Both the position numbers and the translations under genes were made by a program. Source: Octopus sinensis (lineage: Eukaryota). Taken from it: a DNA stretch of 64,000 nucleotides. This document shows positions 27,170 to 41,111 of this stretch, piece by piece; within the stretch, counting starts at the first letter, position 1, and every line of letters begins with the position of its first letter. The stretch is from the NCBI RefSeq assembly GCF_006345805.1, contig NC_043019.1:23001360-23065359 (forward strand), read 5' to 3'. Below the pieces are notes generated by a model. That model was not told the DNA's origin, did no database searches, and saw only the letters and a list, made by a program, of their open reading frames with translations.

Positions 27170-28125
27170 AATTACCACTACTTTTGCAGCTGCTGCTGCT
27201 ACCACTACTTTTACTACTACAACTACTACTTTTACTACTACTACTATTAACTACTACCACTACTAAAACTACTATTACCACTACTTTTGTAGCAACTACT
27301 GCTGCTACCACTACTATTACTACTACAATTACTACAACTTTTACTACTACTACTACTAATACTAGTACTACTACAACTACTACAAAACTGATAGCGTTGC
27401 AGCTTTGAGATCAATAAGATTTCTTATCAGACAGATCATTACAGCTTAGAGAACAATGGAATTTCTCGTGTGTTCTAACAATGAAGATGATGATGCTGGT
27501 GATGATTGTGATGTTGATGACAATGATGGTGATGATGATGATGGTGATGGCAATATTGATAATGTTGATGATGAAGGCAGCAGCGGTGGTGGCGGTGGTG
27601 GTGGTGGTGATGTATGAATGAGCTGAGTGTGTAGTGTCTGGTAGTGGAAGTGAGTTTAAGGTTAGTTCGTTGAAATAAAAAGATGAATAAATAAATAAAT
27701 AAATAAATGTTTTAAAATTCAAGCAAATATAAAAAAAAAACATACTTTATTTTTTGAAAAAAAAATTTTCTTGCTCAATAGTAGTTTAAATGATGGGTTT
27801 AGACTAGTGTTTGCATGTGCACTTCTATATGAAAGTGCATACACGTGTGTGTATGTGAGGGAGAGTGTGCGTGTGTGTCTATGTGTGTCTATGTGTATCT
27901 GTGTGTATGTATAATGCATATAGATATACATATATATGTACATATACATACATACATTTATATATATGTATGTATGCATATATATATATGTTGCATATGT
28001 ATATATATGTATATATGTGTGTATACACACACACACATACATATACATATACATGCATGTATATATTTACATGTATACATATATATTATATATATATATA
28101 TATCTACATATATATATATATACAT

Positions 28126-28172
<47 letters not shown>

Positions 28173-28174
28173 AT

Positions 28175-28224
<50 letters not shown>

Positions 28225-28225
<1 letters not shown>

Positions 28226-29006
28226 CTTGTGGTACCAGTGCCTGTGGTACCAGTGCCTGTGGCACACAAGAAATCCCAGTGCTGTAGTCAGTGCGGTGGG
28301 CACATGACAAACACCATCCGATCGTGGCCGTTCGCCAGCCTCATCTAGCACCTGTGTCGGTGGCACATAAAACACATCCGAAGACCCAGCAAGACTAGTC
28401 AGGCCATAACCCATGGCCCCTACCTGGGACGTAGTCAGTCCACCTGTGCATACCTTCCTTCTTGTGACACTTGTGAAGACCTGTTGAGGCAAGTGAAAAT
28501 CAAATCAAAACAAATCAAAATAGATGAACATCAATGGAATTTGTATCTTTGTGGTACCAGTGCCGGTGGCACGTGGCACACAATAAAACCATCCGAACGT
28601 GGCCGTAGCCAGTACCGCATCGACTGGCCTCCGTGCTGTGGGCACGTAACAAGCACCATCCGATCGTGGCCGTTTGCCAGCCTCATCTGGCACCTGTGTC
28701 GGTGGCACATAAAAACACCATCCGAGCGTGGCCGTCTGCCAGCCTCATCTGGCACCTGTGTCGGTGGCACATAAAAACACCATCCGAGCGTGGCCGTTTG
28801 CCAGCCTCGTCTGGCACCTGTGTCGGTGGCACATAAAATCACCCACCACTACACTCTCGGAGTGGTTGGCGTTAGGAAGGGCATCCAGCTGTAGAAACAC
28901 TGCCAGATCTGACTGGACTGGTGCAGCTTTCGGGCTCCCCAGACCCCAGTTGAACCGTCCAACCCATGCTAGCATGGAAAGCGGACGTTAAATGATGATG
29001 ATGATG
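28225..29006 (+). mobile_element. RTE LINE 3' end with a 62-bp tandem repeat array
   Basis: Units start at 28704, 28766 and 28828; conserved tail and (gat)n; partial upstream duplicate 28225-28380. Confidence 0.88.
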
Positions 29007-29070
29007 TATATATATATATATATATGTGTGTGTATATATATATATATGTAATATATATATATATATATAT

Positions 29071-29107
<37 letters not shown>

Positions 29108-29882
29108 TATATATTTATATGCACACACATACATATGTAGAGAGAAAGATAGATCGATTAATATGTATGTATTTATTTATATATTTATATGTATATAAAT
29201 ATGTGTATGTGTATACACATGCATACATACACATACACACCACATGCAAATACATACTACAAGAATACATATATATATTTATATACATACATACATACAT
29301 ACATACATACATACACACACACAAACATTAGACAATTAGACTTTTTGCAACTACAACAAGAATATTATCCTAATGTAATAACTTTAACAGAAACTACCCA
29401 AATCCTCAGACACCTTCATATCTCTTCTGCATATTAGATACATAAATGTAAAAACAGTTGATCGTATGTAAGACAAGAAAAACAAATAGGGTTATAATAT
29501 ATCTGCACCAAAATAACATTGGTGTTCCATAGAGTTATTAGTCTTGGAGAAAGCATTTTGTTTCTGGCAAGAAATGCTTATATCTTGTCTGTATTGCACC
29601 CATCTTCAGTGTTCAGCAACAGAATTAATGAGTCAGCTTTTATTTCAGTAATTGAACGATTATTACACACATTGCCATTATGGGAAACTTTGAAGCGAAA
29701 ATTAATCCCTACCGCAATAAGAGCAAGCTTGGCTGTGTGGTTAAGAAGCTTTCTTCCTCAACCAATTGGTTCTGGTTTCAATCTCACTGTGTAGCACTTT
29801 AGGCAAGGTATGTGTCTTCTACTACATCCCTTGGCCAGCCAAAACCTTGTAAATAAATTTCTGAAACTATCAAAGATATATA

Positions 29883-30259
29883 CACTACCGTCAGAAATTA
29901 ATTAGCACCCTTGATTTGCTCTTCAATCAAGGTATGTGCTGTCACCTAGTGGCCATATCTCGAACTATTGCTTTGTTGCGAGTTCACTGTTGCGCAGAAC
30001 GATGATGTAACTTTGTTTGCAGAGCAGTTTGAGAGTCTACAGCCTTATGATGTTGACATAGCAGTGCAACAACTTGGAGTGCGGATGCAGACAAATCTTC
30101 CTTTGTTTAATAGATATAGGTAACGCCTCGCAAGGACCGAAATCACACCATACTAAGTTTTCTCATCTCGTAAGACGTTTTGAATAGCTCATAGGTTAAT
30201 TGATTTAACCTATTTAATGTAGAAATTTGAGAAGTGCTAATTAATTTCTGACGCAAGTG
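29883..30259. mobile_element. Tc1/mariner-type MITE
   Basis: TIRs cactaccgtcagaaattaattagcac and gtgctaattaatttctgacgcaagtg; TA flanks; no ORF. Confidence 0.88.
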
Positions 30260-30261
30260 TA

Positions 30262-30740
30262 TATATACAATGCTTTGACAAGGAGTGGGTTTATTGAAAA
30301 GCTCACATACGAGGACAATCCCCAAACACCCTCTCCTCACTCCCAAAAGGACCTAGAAAAAGGAAAATTATATGGTATAACCCCACTTTCAACCTAGAAA
30401 TTTCCACCAATGTAGCTAAGGATTTCCTGTTGTTAATTAAGAAACACTTATCCAGAGGCTACAAGTATTACAAACTTCCCAAAAGGACCTAGAAAAAGGA
30501 AAATTATATGGTATAACCCCACTTTCAACCTAGAAATTTCCACCAATGTAGCTAGGGACTTCCTGTTGTTAATTAAGAAACACTTATCCAGAGGCTACAA
30601 GTGTTACAAACTCTTCAACCACCATGACTGGCTTAACCTTGAGGGGCAGACTAACAGTACACAAGCAACAAATCCGGGATCCCATAACCAGGAAAATACC
30701 CATATGCAAACACCTATGTTATTACGTGAAAGGATCTAAT
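30262..30740 (+). mobile_element. Penelope-like element fragment with a 136-bp tandem duplication
   Basis: YNALTRSGFIEKLTY, RKRKIIWYNPTFNLEISTNVAKDFLLLIKKH (twice, at 30342 and 30478), TLRGRLTVHKQQI. Confidence 0.75.
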
Positions 30741-31397
30741 TTTTGATTGGTTATAATTTTGATGGCATCTTATTCTTTCTGGTGGATGTTTTTGGTCAAA
30801 AAATACATTTTGTTTTGGCATTAGTGAAAAAAAAAAAAGTACTAGAGTCAATTAGTTCAAATGAAAATTCTTCAAGGCAGTGCCCCAGCATGGTCGCAAT
30901 CTAATGATTGAAAATGGCTGAGCTATAAGCAGTACCACTGTTGGTCGTTTCCCTGTCAGGAACCCATTGCATTTATTCTTTGGAAGACACAAGAGAGCCC
31001 TTATTAACAAAAAAAAAAAAAAAAATTATAGATAAACTAGTGTCAGCAACAGGAAGAGCATCCAGGGTGGGCATAAAATATGTAAAACAATACCTCAATA
31101 AAGTGTTCCTCTAACCCATGCAAACATGGATAAACAGACATAAGAAAAGCAAATATATAAAACAGACACAAGAACAGCAAACATAAATATGAAAACTTCA
31201 GATTAACCAATTATTGTGCCCCTTGGGTATTAAATTACTCACGAAGGAACAGAAACTATTAGAGCTAATAGAGGAAGGGTGCATTAATTTTAATGGGTAT
31301 TCATAGACAATTCCTAGACACAACTTGAATATATTATTGGTTTAGCAGAGAACTCAAAGAGATGATATATATATATATATATCATATATCATATATC

Positions 31398-31429
<32 letters not shown>

Positions 31430-31925
31430 CACACATATATATATATATATATGTATATATAAATGAGATTAAATATATATATATAGTTATTTCTGGGCAT
31501 ATACATATTAATGTAAACACATTTAATATCATAGAACACAAGCAAAACTAGTCAGGTTTTATATTTACTGAAATAAATATGCATAGTCTATATCTGTCTA
31601 AGTACACGATACAAATAAACAACAAAATATTTTACTTAGGTTGGTTCATTATTCTGAAGTCTCTCTCTTTCTCTCTCTCTCTCTTTCTCTCCTTCTCTCT
31701 CTTTCTCTCTTCCCTGCACTCTCCACACACACACATACTGGTGCTCAATATAAACATTTAGGCCAGTCCCAAGACCTGTTACTTTGGATTTTGTATCAAT
31801 CTAGCTGTCTGACTATCTGTCTGACTATCTGTCTCTCTCTTTCTCTTTCTCTCTCTCTCTCTCTCTTTCTCTCTCTATCTGTCTATTTAGCTATCTGTGT
31901 ATCTATTTATCTACTTATATGTATA

Positions 31926-32305
31926 CATCATCATCATTTATCATTTAACGTCCGTTTTCCATGCTAGCATGGGTTGGACGATTTTGACTGAGGGCTTGCA
32001 ACCAGATGGCTGCACCAGGCTCCAGTCTTGATCTGGCAGAGTTTCTACAGCTGGATGCCCTTCCTAACGTCAACAACTCCAAGAGTGTAGTGGTTGCTTT
32101 TTACGTGCCACCTGCACGGGGGCCAGTCAGGCGGTACTAGCAATGACCTTGCTTGAATCTTTTTACACATGCCACTGGCACAGGTGCCAGTGAAGCGACG
32201 TTGGTAATGATCACACTCGAATGGTGCCCTTTTACATGCCACAGGTACAGAAGCCAGTTGGCTGCTCTGGCAACGATCATGTTCGGATGGTGTTCTTGGC
32301 ACTGT
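31926..32305 (-). mobile_element. RTE LINE 3' end (family D)
   Basis: Reverse complement of the tail plus ~3 diverged units. Confidence 0.85.
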
Positions 32306-32354
32306 GCATCTATGTACATATATATATATATATATATATGTATGTGTATATATA

Positions 32355-32755
32355 CAGGCTGTTCAGTTGAATTTGACAGTTTGCATAAAATATAAAAAAA
32401 CGATATCATCTAGATTATGTCTGGAAGATAAATTTACTCCAAGTAATTGCCATCAGCTTCAACCATGGCCTCAAGATGGCTCTGGAACCCGGCACATACA
32501 CTCCTCACTATGTCTCTTAGATCTTCAAGCACCTCCTTGATCTTAGGTGCTAGCTCGGCCTTGGTATTGCAGTTAGTGTCTTTCTCCACCATTCTCCACA
32601 CATAGTAATCGGTGGGATTAGGATCAGAGGTTGAGGCTGGTGAGGCCGTAGAAATTCTCTGACAACCACTTCTGACTCTTTCTGGAAGCATGACAATGAG
32701 TCAAGTCTTGCTGTCATGAATATGACCATCCAGCAGCAACTCTCTCCAGCCAGGA
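32355..32755 (-). mobile_element. maT/DD37D transposon 3' fragment
   Basis: PNPTDYYVWRMVEKDTN..FQSHLEAMVEADGNYLE, parallel to the C-terminus of the 17 kb element. Confidence 0.75.
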
Positions 32756-33194
32756 ATTGGTCAGTCTTGCCCCTGTAACTTAGCAGTTCGGCAAAAGAGA
32801 CCAATAGAATAAGTACTAGGGTCGATTTGCTCGACTAAAGGCAGTGCTCCAGCATGGCCACAGTTTCAAAAGATAATTGAAAGTGTTTACATACACTAGA
32901 AAGAATTTATAACCAACACTGGTGCCGCTGAGGGTAATATTCTCTGGGAACACACAAAAGCCCTTCTCAGAGTTATTTACTTTGGATTGTTATCTCATAT
33001 CTGATTAGCCTGTTATTACGTAACATGCTTCATGATTTTAGTATACATACCTTATTAGAATTTCCTCCTGTGTTCTATATACTCTGGGAATGCATTAAAG
33101 ACCTTTTCAGGGCTACTTTATTTGAATTCTTACTATCTAGTAACTAATTTCATGTTATTACATAACAGACTTCACGATTTGGGGATTCATAGCT

Positions 33195-33620
33195 TATATG
33201 TGCGCAACATGGTAATTTCATATCAAGATAACAGCACATGACCTTGCAGGTGGGGCCCAGTTAGAATTTTCTTCTGGTCGAGTAACCCATCCAGCTCAAA
33301 AGGTCCCTGAATAAGGTTTCTTTGATGATGAATGAAACACTCATGTTTCCAAAGGTGAATTATTCAAACCCCAAAGAATCCCTCTGAACACATGGCTATG
33401 ATGCTCCCCAACTACATCTGCTCGTGATCAGAGATGCACATATTGTCAGTCACTAAGGGATATGCTCAACTGGTTAAGGTCAAACAACTGACAAGCAAAT
33501 CTGTGGTATTGAGCAGAATATGTGCTCTAGTCCATCTTTTATGCCAAGACAAAACAATGTGCATGATGACACTTCCAATCAGTTAAGATCAGAAGCCATG
33601 AGAGCCACTACCTAGTACTG
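33195..33620. repeat. Unclassified interspersed repeat
   Basis: Complex non-coding block recalled as an abundant octopus repeat; single copy here, so not verifiable in the window. Confidence 0.35.
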
Positions 33621-33621
33621 C

Positions 33622-33634
33622 TATTATTATTATT

Positions 33635-33699
<65 letters not shown>

Positions 33700-33885
33700 G
33701 TTTTTTTCCTTCTTTCTTCAAATTTTCTTCTGTTTCTCGCCGAGTGTTTTCTATACACCTAAGGCATATTATTAATATTATTATTATTACTACTATTATT
33801 ATTATTCAGATCACTGCCTAGAATTGAACTCGGAACTTTGGGGTTAGTAGCCTGCGCTCTGAACCACTACACTGTATGCAAGTCC
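33622..33885 (-). mobile_element. tRNA-headed SINE remnant with (AAT)n tracts
   Basis: gtagtggttcagagcgcaggctactaaccccaaagttccgagttcaattc on the minus strand. Confidence 0.55.
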
Positions 33886-34129
33886 TGGTTAATGTTGTAG
33901 GCAAGAATCACGCGTCTTATATATCTTCTGCCTTGATAGATATTTGGTAAATTGAAGAGTCTTGATGGTGCAGAGGTGCAACTGAGTTAGCGATGGCAGA
34001 GGAAGATGAAGGTGGGGGGGGTTGTTGATGATAAATTCTGACATGGTTCCAAATGTTAATAGTGAGAAGGAACGGTGTAGGATGGAGGAAAGATAACTGT
34101 GCCAGCTATAGAAGGGAGGTGTGTGCACG

Positions 34130-34889
34130 TGCGTGTGTAGTGGTTCTAGGAGAGTATGTGCGTGTGTATGTGTGTGTGTGTGTGTGCATGTGTAGCTGCA
34201 CAATGTGTCTTGAGTGTGTATTTGTGTGTATGAGTGTGTGTATGTAGTGGTTCTAGGAGAGTGTGTGTGTGTGTGCATATGTAGCTGAACAATGTGTGTT
34301 GAGTGTGTGTGTGTATGTGTGAGTGTGTGTGTGTGTGAGTGTGTGTAGTGGTTCTAGGAAAGTGTGTGTGTGTGTGTGTGTGAGTGTGTGTGTGTGTGAG
34401 TGTGTGTATGTGTGAGTGTGTGTGTGTGAGTGTGTGTGTGTGAGTGTGTGTAGTGGTTCTAGGAGAGTGTGTGTGTGAAGTGTGTGTGTATGTCAAGTGT
34501 GTGTGTGTATGTCAAGTGTGTGTGTGTGCATGTATAGCTGAACAATGTGTGTTGAGTGTGTGTGTGTATGTGTGTGTGTGAGTGTGTGTGTGTAGTGGTT
34601 CTAGGAGTGTGTGTGTGTGTGTCAAGTGTGTATACATGTTGTGTGTGTCAGGTGTGTTTGTGTATACATGTTGTGTGTGTCAGGTGTGTTTGTGTATGTG
34701 TGTGGTGGCTATATAGCGTGTGTGTGGTGGTTCTAGGAGAGTATGTGTATGTGTGTGTATGTGTGTGTGCATATGTATGTGTGTGGTTCTAGGACAGTAT
34801 GTATGTGTGTGTGTATGTGTGTGTATGTGTGCATGTATGTGCACATGCATGTACCATTGTATGTGCTGGTGGTTCTGGGAGACTGTATA

Positions 34890-34922
<33 letters not shown>

Positions 34923-35090
34923 TGCATGCATGTTCATGTATATGGGAGAGTATGCAAGGTGTGTTTGTGATGTGGCTGTGTAGTGTGCGTGTATGTGATT
35001 GTTCTGGAAGAGTGCATAGATGGTGTGTGTGTGTGTATGTAGACTGCATGTGAGGAAGAAGTGGTTCTGGAAGTGAGTGGGGAGTGTGAC
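34130..35090. repeat. Compound minisatellite: gtagtggttctaggag anchors in (TG)n
   Basis: The anchor motif recurs about 10 times with decay. Confidence 0.8.
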
Positions 35091-35116
35091 AGTGTATGTG
35101 TGTTTTTGCATGCGCA

Positions 35117-35156
<40 letters not shown>

Positions 35157-35771
35157 CGTGTGTGCGTGTGTCTGTATGTGTTGAATATGAACTGTCTGAA
35201 AGTTAAGAGATGGTGGAGATTGTATGAAAGAGAAAGGAGAGTTGATGATAAAAAGAGAGATAAGGAAAAGAGAGTAAGGGAGAGAGTGCGAGAGAAAGAG
35301 TGAGACAGACAGACAGGTGGTATTATGAAAAGGGTTGGTGTGTAGAGGGGAGGGGAAGAATGGAAAGTGATAGAGATAGAGAGAAAGCATATGGGTAGAG
35401 AGAGAGGAAGGGGAGGCGAGAAGTGGAGATCTGAAGAGAATTGGCAGAAGACAAAGATAGAAAGAGAAAGGGAGAAGGAGATAGAGAGAGGGTGAGGAAG
35501 AGAGGGTGAGAGAGAGAGAGAGAGAGAAAGCATAAAGACAGTGGGAGGAAGGGAAGGCAAGAAGTGGAGTTACAAAAAGAAATGGCAGAAGAAAGATAAA
35601 GAGAAAGATAAAGAGAAAGGGGGAGGGAGAGACAGAGGATGAGAGAAAGAGAAAGAGAGAGTTGGTATTGTAAGAATTAAGAAAAATGATTGCTTGTTTA
35701 CTATCATTTATATCTTTTGCAATATACTTTGGCAGAAGATATACACAAACACACACACACACACATATATA

Positions 35772-37040
35772 TCAGGTCATTAAGAATGAAACGTCCGGTT
35801 TTGAACTGGAAGTTCATTTTACTTTATCTCAATGAAAAGCAACACAGTTAATCAAAGTATGCACCTAAATTATCAACACAGTTTTGCCATTTTATCGGTA
35901 GCTTATTTATGCCGACAGCAAAGAATTCTGGAGAGCAAAAGGTGATGAAATCATGAAAGGCTGCTTTTGCATCTTCTTCAGATTTGAAGTTTTTCACTTG
36001 CAAAAAGTTGTCTAATGCATGGAAAACATGATAGAAAGTTTGTGCAAGGTCTGGTGAATATTGTGGGTTGACAGAGTACTTCCAAGTTCAATTCCTGTAT
36101 CTTGAGCAGTGTTCTTTGTACAACATGTGGTTGAGCATTGTCTTGCAAGAGAATTGGCCTGTCTCTATTGACCAATCTCAGTTGTTTAATTGCAAGTTCA
36201 CTCATCATTTCATCCAATTGGTTGATGTATACATCTGTTGTAATTGACTTACCAGGTCTCATGAAGCTGTAATGGATGACACCAGTGCTGGACTACCAAA
36301 CAGACACCATTAGCTTTCTTTGGTGAATATTTTTTTTTTTTTGGATTATGTTTTGGCACTTTGTCTCTATCCAACCACTTGCTATTGTTGAAAGGTATCC
36401 ATTTTTCATCATACGTAACAATACGATACAAAAATGGTTCATTTTTATGCTATGACAGCAAAGAACAGCAAATTTCAAGATGACGTGTCATTTGATGCCC
36501 GTTCAGTTCTCATGGTACCCACTTGTCCAGCTTCTTTACCTTGCTGATTTGTTTCAGATGGTCCAATACAGTTGGAATCAAAACATCAAACCTTGCTGCT
36601 AACTCACGTGTAGTTTGAGATGTATCCACTTCCACTACAGTTTGCAGCTCATCATTATCCACCTTGGTCTCAGGTTTACCTCGGGGTTGATTTTCAAGAG
36701 TAAAGACACCAGACCAGAGCTTCTCAAACCATCAGCGTACAGTGCACTCATCTGCCACGTCTTCACCAAACACCTCATTGATGTTTCGAGCTGTCTGGGA
36801 TACATTGGTTCCACAACAGAACTCATATTTATAAACAACACGAATTTTTTATCTATCCATGGATCCACAAAAATTGATTTACAAGAGAAAGCCCACAACA
36901 TAATCAGATACCATGAATTGCATTTCGAAAAGTGATGATGTAACTCTTCAATGTTGTAAAACAAAAAGTTTGCCAGGTTAAAACATTAGAGTTAACATTT
37001 GTCAAACTTGGTGCATAAGAAAATTGGACATTTCATTTTA
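35772..37040 (-). mobile_element. Decayed mariner (DD34D)
   Basis: WVP motif, IVTYDEKWI, KLMVSVW, ILLQDNAQPH; ends aatgaaacgtccggtt and aattggacatttcatt. Confidence 0.88.
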
Positions 37041-37059
37041 TATATATATATATATGTAT

Positions 37060-38405
37060 ATAGATAAGAAAGTTGGTTTGTGAAAGCACGTGGTTGAATA
37101 TATAGAAAATAGTAAAAAGTGAAAAAACTACAGAAGGCTTAAATGTTAAAAAAATATATATTTGCGTCAATATGTCTGAAGAATATTAAAAAATTTTTTT
37201 CTCTTATAATGACATAGTTTAGAAGAAAGACCGGTTTCGTGTTTAGCTTTTCAAATTTTTTGCGACGTTATGTTTATGTTGAATAGAGTTATCGTTATGT
37301 CTATGTTCAAAAGAGTTCTATTAGTAAATTCTGGGTGATGATGGTGAAGGCTTCTTTGTTTCTGGGGTTGTATGTAGATATGTAAGGTAGTATTTTCGGG
37401 GAAGGTGTGTTGTTGTGTTGAACTTTTCTTAAAGTTTCTATGTTGATTTCTGTTGCACGTCTGATCCCACCCTCTATGAGTTGAGCTGGGTAATGTCTGT
37501 CAATTAGAGTACAAAGAAGCCTTCACCATCATCACCCAGAATTTACCAATACTTCATAAGGACCCCAAATTAAAGGAAATTCTAAACATACACCAAATCA
37601 TTAAAAGCTACAAACAACCTAAATCACTTAAAAAGATTCTCACAAAGGCAAAATTGTCTTCTGAAATTACGGATGCAAAAGTAAAAAAATGTGGTAGATC
37701 GAACTGTGCAACATGTCCAAACCTATTGGAAGGATCAGAATTCCTCTTTAAAGAGGGACAGAAATTCAAGATCAAATCTAACTTTACTTGTGCCTCTGAA
37801 AACATAATTTATGTCATAAAATGCTCGGGCTGCCACCAAGACTACGTGGGATCCACGGGACTATCACTTAGACGTAGATGCATACTGCATCGACAACAGA
37901 TTGCATTCCCAGAATACAGAATGATACCTTTTAGTGAGCACATTGAGAAATGCGCAAAGCAACTACTACCACAATTTTTAATCTTTCCATTTTACCAATG
38001 TGCTATCGGATCATCAACACAAATTAGAATAAACAAGGAAACATTCTTCATTGAAAAGTACAAGCCCAGACTTAACCATCCCAACATACTGATACAGAGA
38101 AATTCACACCAAGGGAAAGGAAAAAATTTTTAAGTGATTATCTCCCTTACACCGGAAGAAATCACTCATTACCTCCCCTTATTTAGAACTCTTTTGAACA
38201 TAAACATAACGATAACTCTATTCAACATAAACATAACGTCGCAAGAAATTTGAAAAGCTAAACGCGAAACCGGTCTTTCTTCTAAACTATGTCATTATAA
38301 GAGAAAAAAATTTTTTAATATTCTTCAGACATATTGACGCAAATATATATTTTTTAACATTTAAGCCTTCTGTAGTTTTTTCACTTTTTACTATTTTCTA
38401 TATAT
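37060..38405 (+). mobile_element. Penelope-like element 3' portion with an inverted terminal repeat
   Basis: 37098-37320 is the reverse complement of 38185-38405; 37321-37510 is an inverted upstream piece of the ORF. Confidence 0.9.
37513..38133 (+). pseudogene. Penelope-like linker plus GIY-YIG endonuclease, open frame, 5'-truncated
   Basis: KCGRSNCATC...FTCASENIIYVIKCSGCHQDYVGST..LRRRCILH...EH...KETFFIEKYKPRLN. Confidence 0.88.
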
Positions 38406-38429
38406 ATATATATAATATATATATATATA

Positions 38430-38692
38430 TACCACTTTTTCAAGCATCTCAACAACTTCCTGCATGAGAAATGCTTCAAAAACCAAGACGATACCAAACA
38501 AGCCTTCAACGACTACATCATCACCAGAACGCAGGATTTTTACACTACTGGCATAAATAAACTTGTTTCGCATTGGCAAAAGTGTGTTGATTCTGATGGT
38601 GTTTATTTTGATTAATAAAGTTTTGTTTGAGCCGAGATATGTGCATCTGAAAATAAAGGTTAAAAACCACAAGAACTTTCTTAACAACCGAA
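38430..38692 (+). mobile_element. Mariner 3' fragment, cecropia/Hsmar1-like
   Basis: YHFFKHLNNFLHEKCFKNQDDTKQAFNDYIITRTQDFYTTGINKLVSHWQKCVDSDGVYFD*, then a TIR-like end. Confidence 0.85.
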
Positions 38693-38825
38693 TACATTAC
38701 AGCCCTTTGTTTTGTTTGGTTTTCATGGTTTGTAGCCTGGTCCATTAAAGAAACTCTTTTTATGAGTACCACTGGATTAGTTAAATCCATATAAAGCCCA
38801 TTAAATATATATTATACACACACAT

Positions 38826-38891
<66 letters not shown>

Positions 38892-38911
38892 CATATTTAT
38901 ATATATGTATG

Positions 38912-38943
<32 letters not shown>

Positions 38944-38960
38944 ATATATACATACATACA

Positions 38961-38996
<36 letters not shown>

Positions 38997-39299
38997 TATA
39001 CACATATATATATACACACATATATATCTGCAACATATTTATGTGTGTGGTGTATGTGTGTTGCATATGTGTGTGGGAGGAGAGAGAGAGAGAGAGAGAA
39101 AGAGAGAGTGCAAAAGAGATAGAGGGTCAAGGAGTACTGTACATATATTTCCAGCAATAGAACAAGGGGTTGACTGTAAAGTCTTGTAGTTATGTTGGGT
39201 CCCAGGTTTTTAGAAGAAATATGCCATTGTTGACAACTGACTGGCATAGTGGGGTAGTGTCAGTGGGAGAGGGGATGGCAGTGTGTGTTGTTGTTGTTT

Positions 39300-39331
<32 letters not shown>

Positions 39332-40016
39332 GGTGGTGGTGATTGCTGGGAACCATAATGTTGTCTAATGCACCATTAATATATTATCCGTGCCCTCACC
39401 ATCCCATACACACAAGCACATACACACACACACAACACACACACACAGAGACACACATACAAATACACACATACATACAGATACAATCACCGACGTATGA
39501 ATTGATTGAGGGAAAATAGAAACTTTTGGCCAATCTGGGATGTTTTGGAAAAGGAATGGCAGGATCGGAAAGGTCAGGTCTGTGAGTTGAAGGTCAATAT
39601 TTGAAGGGCGCATACACACCTATATATCATCACACATACATACTCATACAAATATCATCACACACACACACACATACACACACAGAGTTATGTATCATCA
39701 TATGCACAAACATACTTATTCATACACACACACATATTTATCATCACACATACATATACATATATCATCACTCACATACATACATATTCATACATGCACA
39801 CATATGCACATACAGGTAGACTCATATATAGACGTACATGTACATATGGCCTGGTGATAATGGTGATGATGATGGTGGTTGTGGTGGAGATGGTGATGAT
39901 AATGATGGTGATGGTGATGATGATGATGGTATTTATAAACATATGGTCATACAATTATACACAAATATGTAGTCATCCATTCGTACATACAATATACATA
40001 TGATCATATACGTATA

Positions 40017-40069
<53 letters not shown>

Positions 40070-40487
40070 TCATGTATACATGCATTCATACATATATATA
40101 CATACATATGTGCACACACACACATACACATACATACATGCATCCATCCATCCATCCATACATCCATCCATACATACATACATATACTACTTGGAAAAAT
40201 GCGAGCAAGAGAAATAATATTCTCAAGATTATAAATCTGGAAAAGTACAGGACAAGTTATTACATCTGGTAAAGTACAAAACAAGAAAACGATTACTTAA
40301 AATATTGTGGTTAAGGATAAAATTTCAAATAAAATATTTAGGTTTAGAAAATATTAACTTTTATTAAAACTAAAAGTTTTATTACAAGTTATTACTTCTA
40401 TTTGTTATTACTTGTTACTTCAATTAAAAATTTTAAAAAATCAATTAAAAACATTTTTTGCACTTTAAAAAATTCATTTTTTTAATT

Positions 40488-40523
<36 letters not shown>

Positions 40524-41076
40524 TTTGTGTGTATAAACACACATATGATGGGCTCCTTTAAGATTCTGTCCACAAATCCACTCACAAGGCTTTGGTCAGC
40601 CCAAGGCTACAGTAGAAGACATTTGCCCAAGGTGCCACTCAGTGACATCATCATCACCATCCTTGTCATCATTGTCATCGCTGTTGTCGTCGCCATTGTA
40701 ATTATCATCATCATCATCATCATCATCACCACCACCACCACCACAATGACATAATGTCGTACCCAATATATAATCTGCATAATAGATTTGTCATACTTGT
40801 ACCCATCACCCCGATCCACCCCCATTCCACCCCATCATCATCTTTTCTGCAATTTCTCAAATCCAACCTGACCACTCCCTACTGAATCTTTCTTTGTGCT
40901 TCTCCACTAGACCACATATCATCATCTCTCTCACACACACAATTTTACACACATCATTATAGATATATATACACATGTACATACATGTATGATACATTTA
41001 AATACACCCATAAATGCATATATATGCTAATACAATCACACTGACATACAGACACTGGCACAAGGACACAGACATA

Positions 41077-41111
<35 letters not shown>

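Noticed and set aside
34680-35762. Longest ORF (360 aa)
   Set aside because: Read-through of (CA)n and (CT)n tracts with a non-ATG start
38750-38800. Possible further hammerhead (tttatgag..tggatt/aatcca..taaa)
   Set aside because: Both core boxes deviate and no convincing stem I or III
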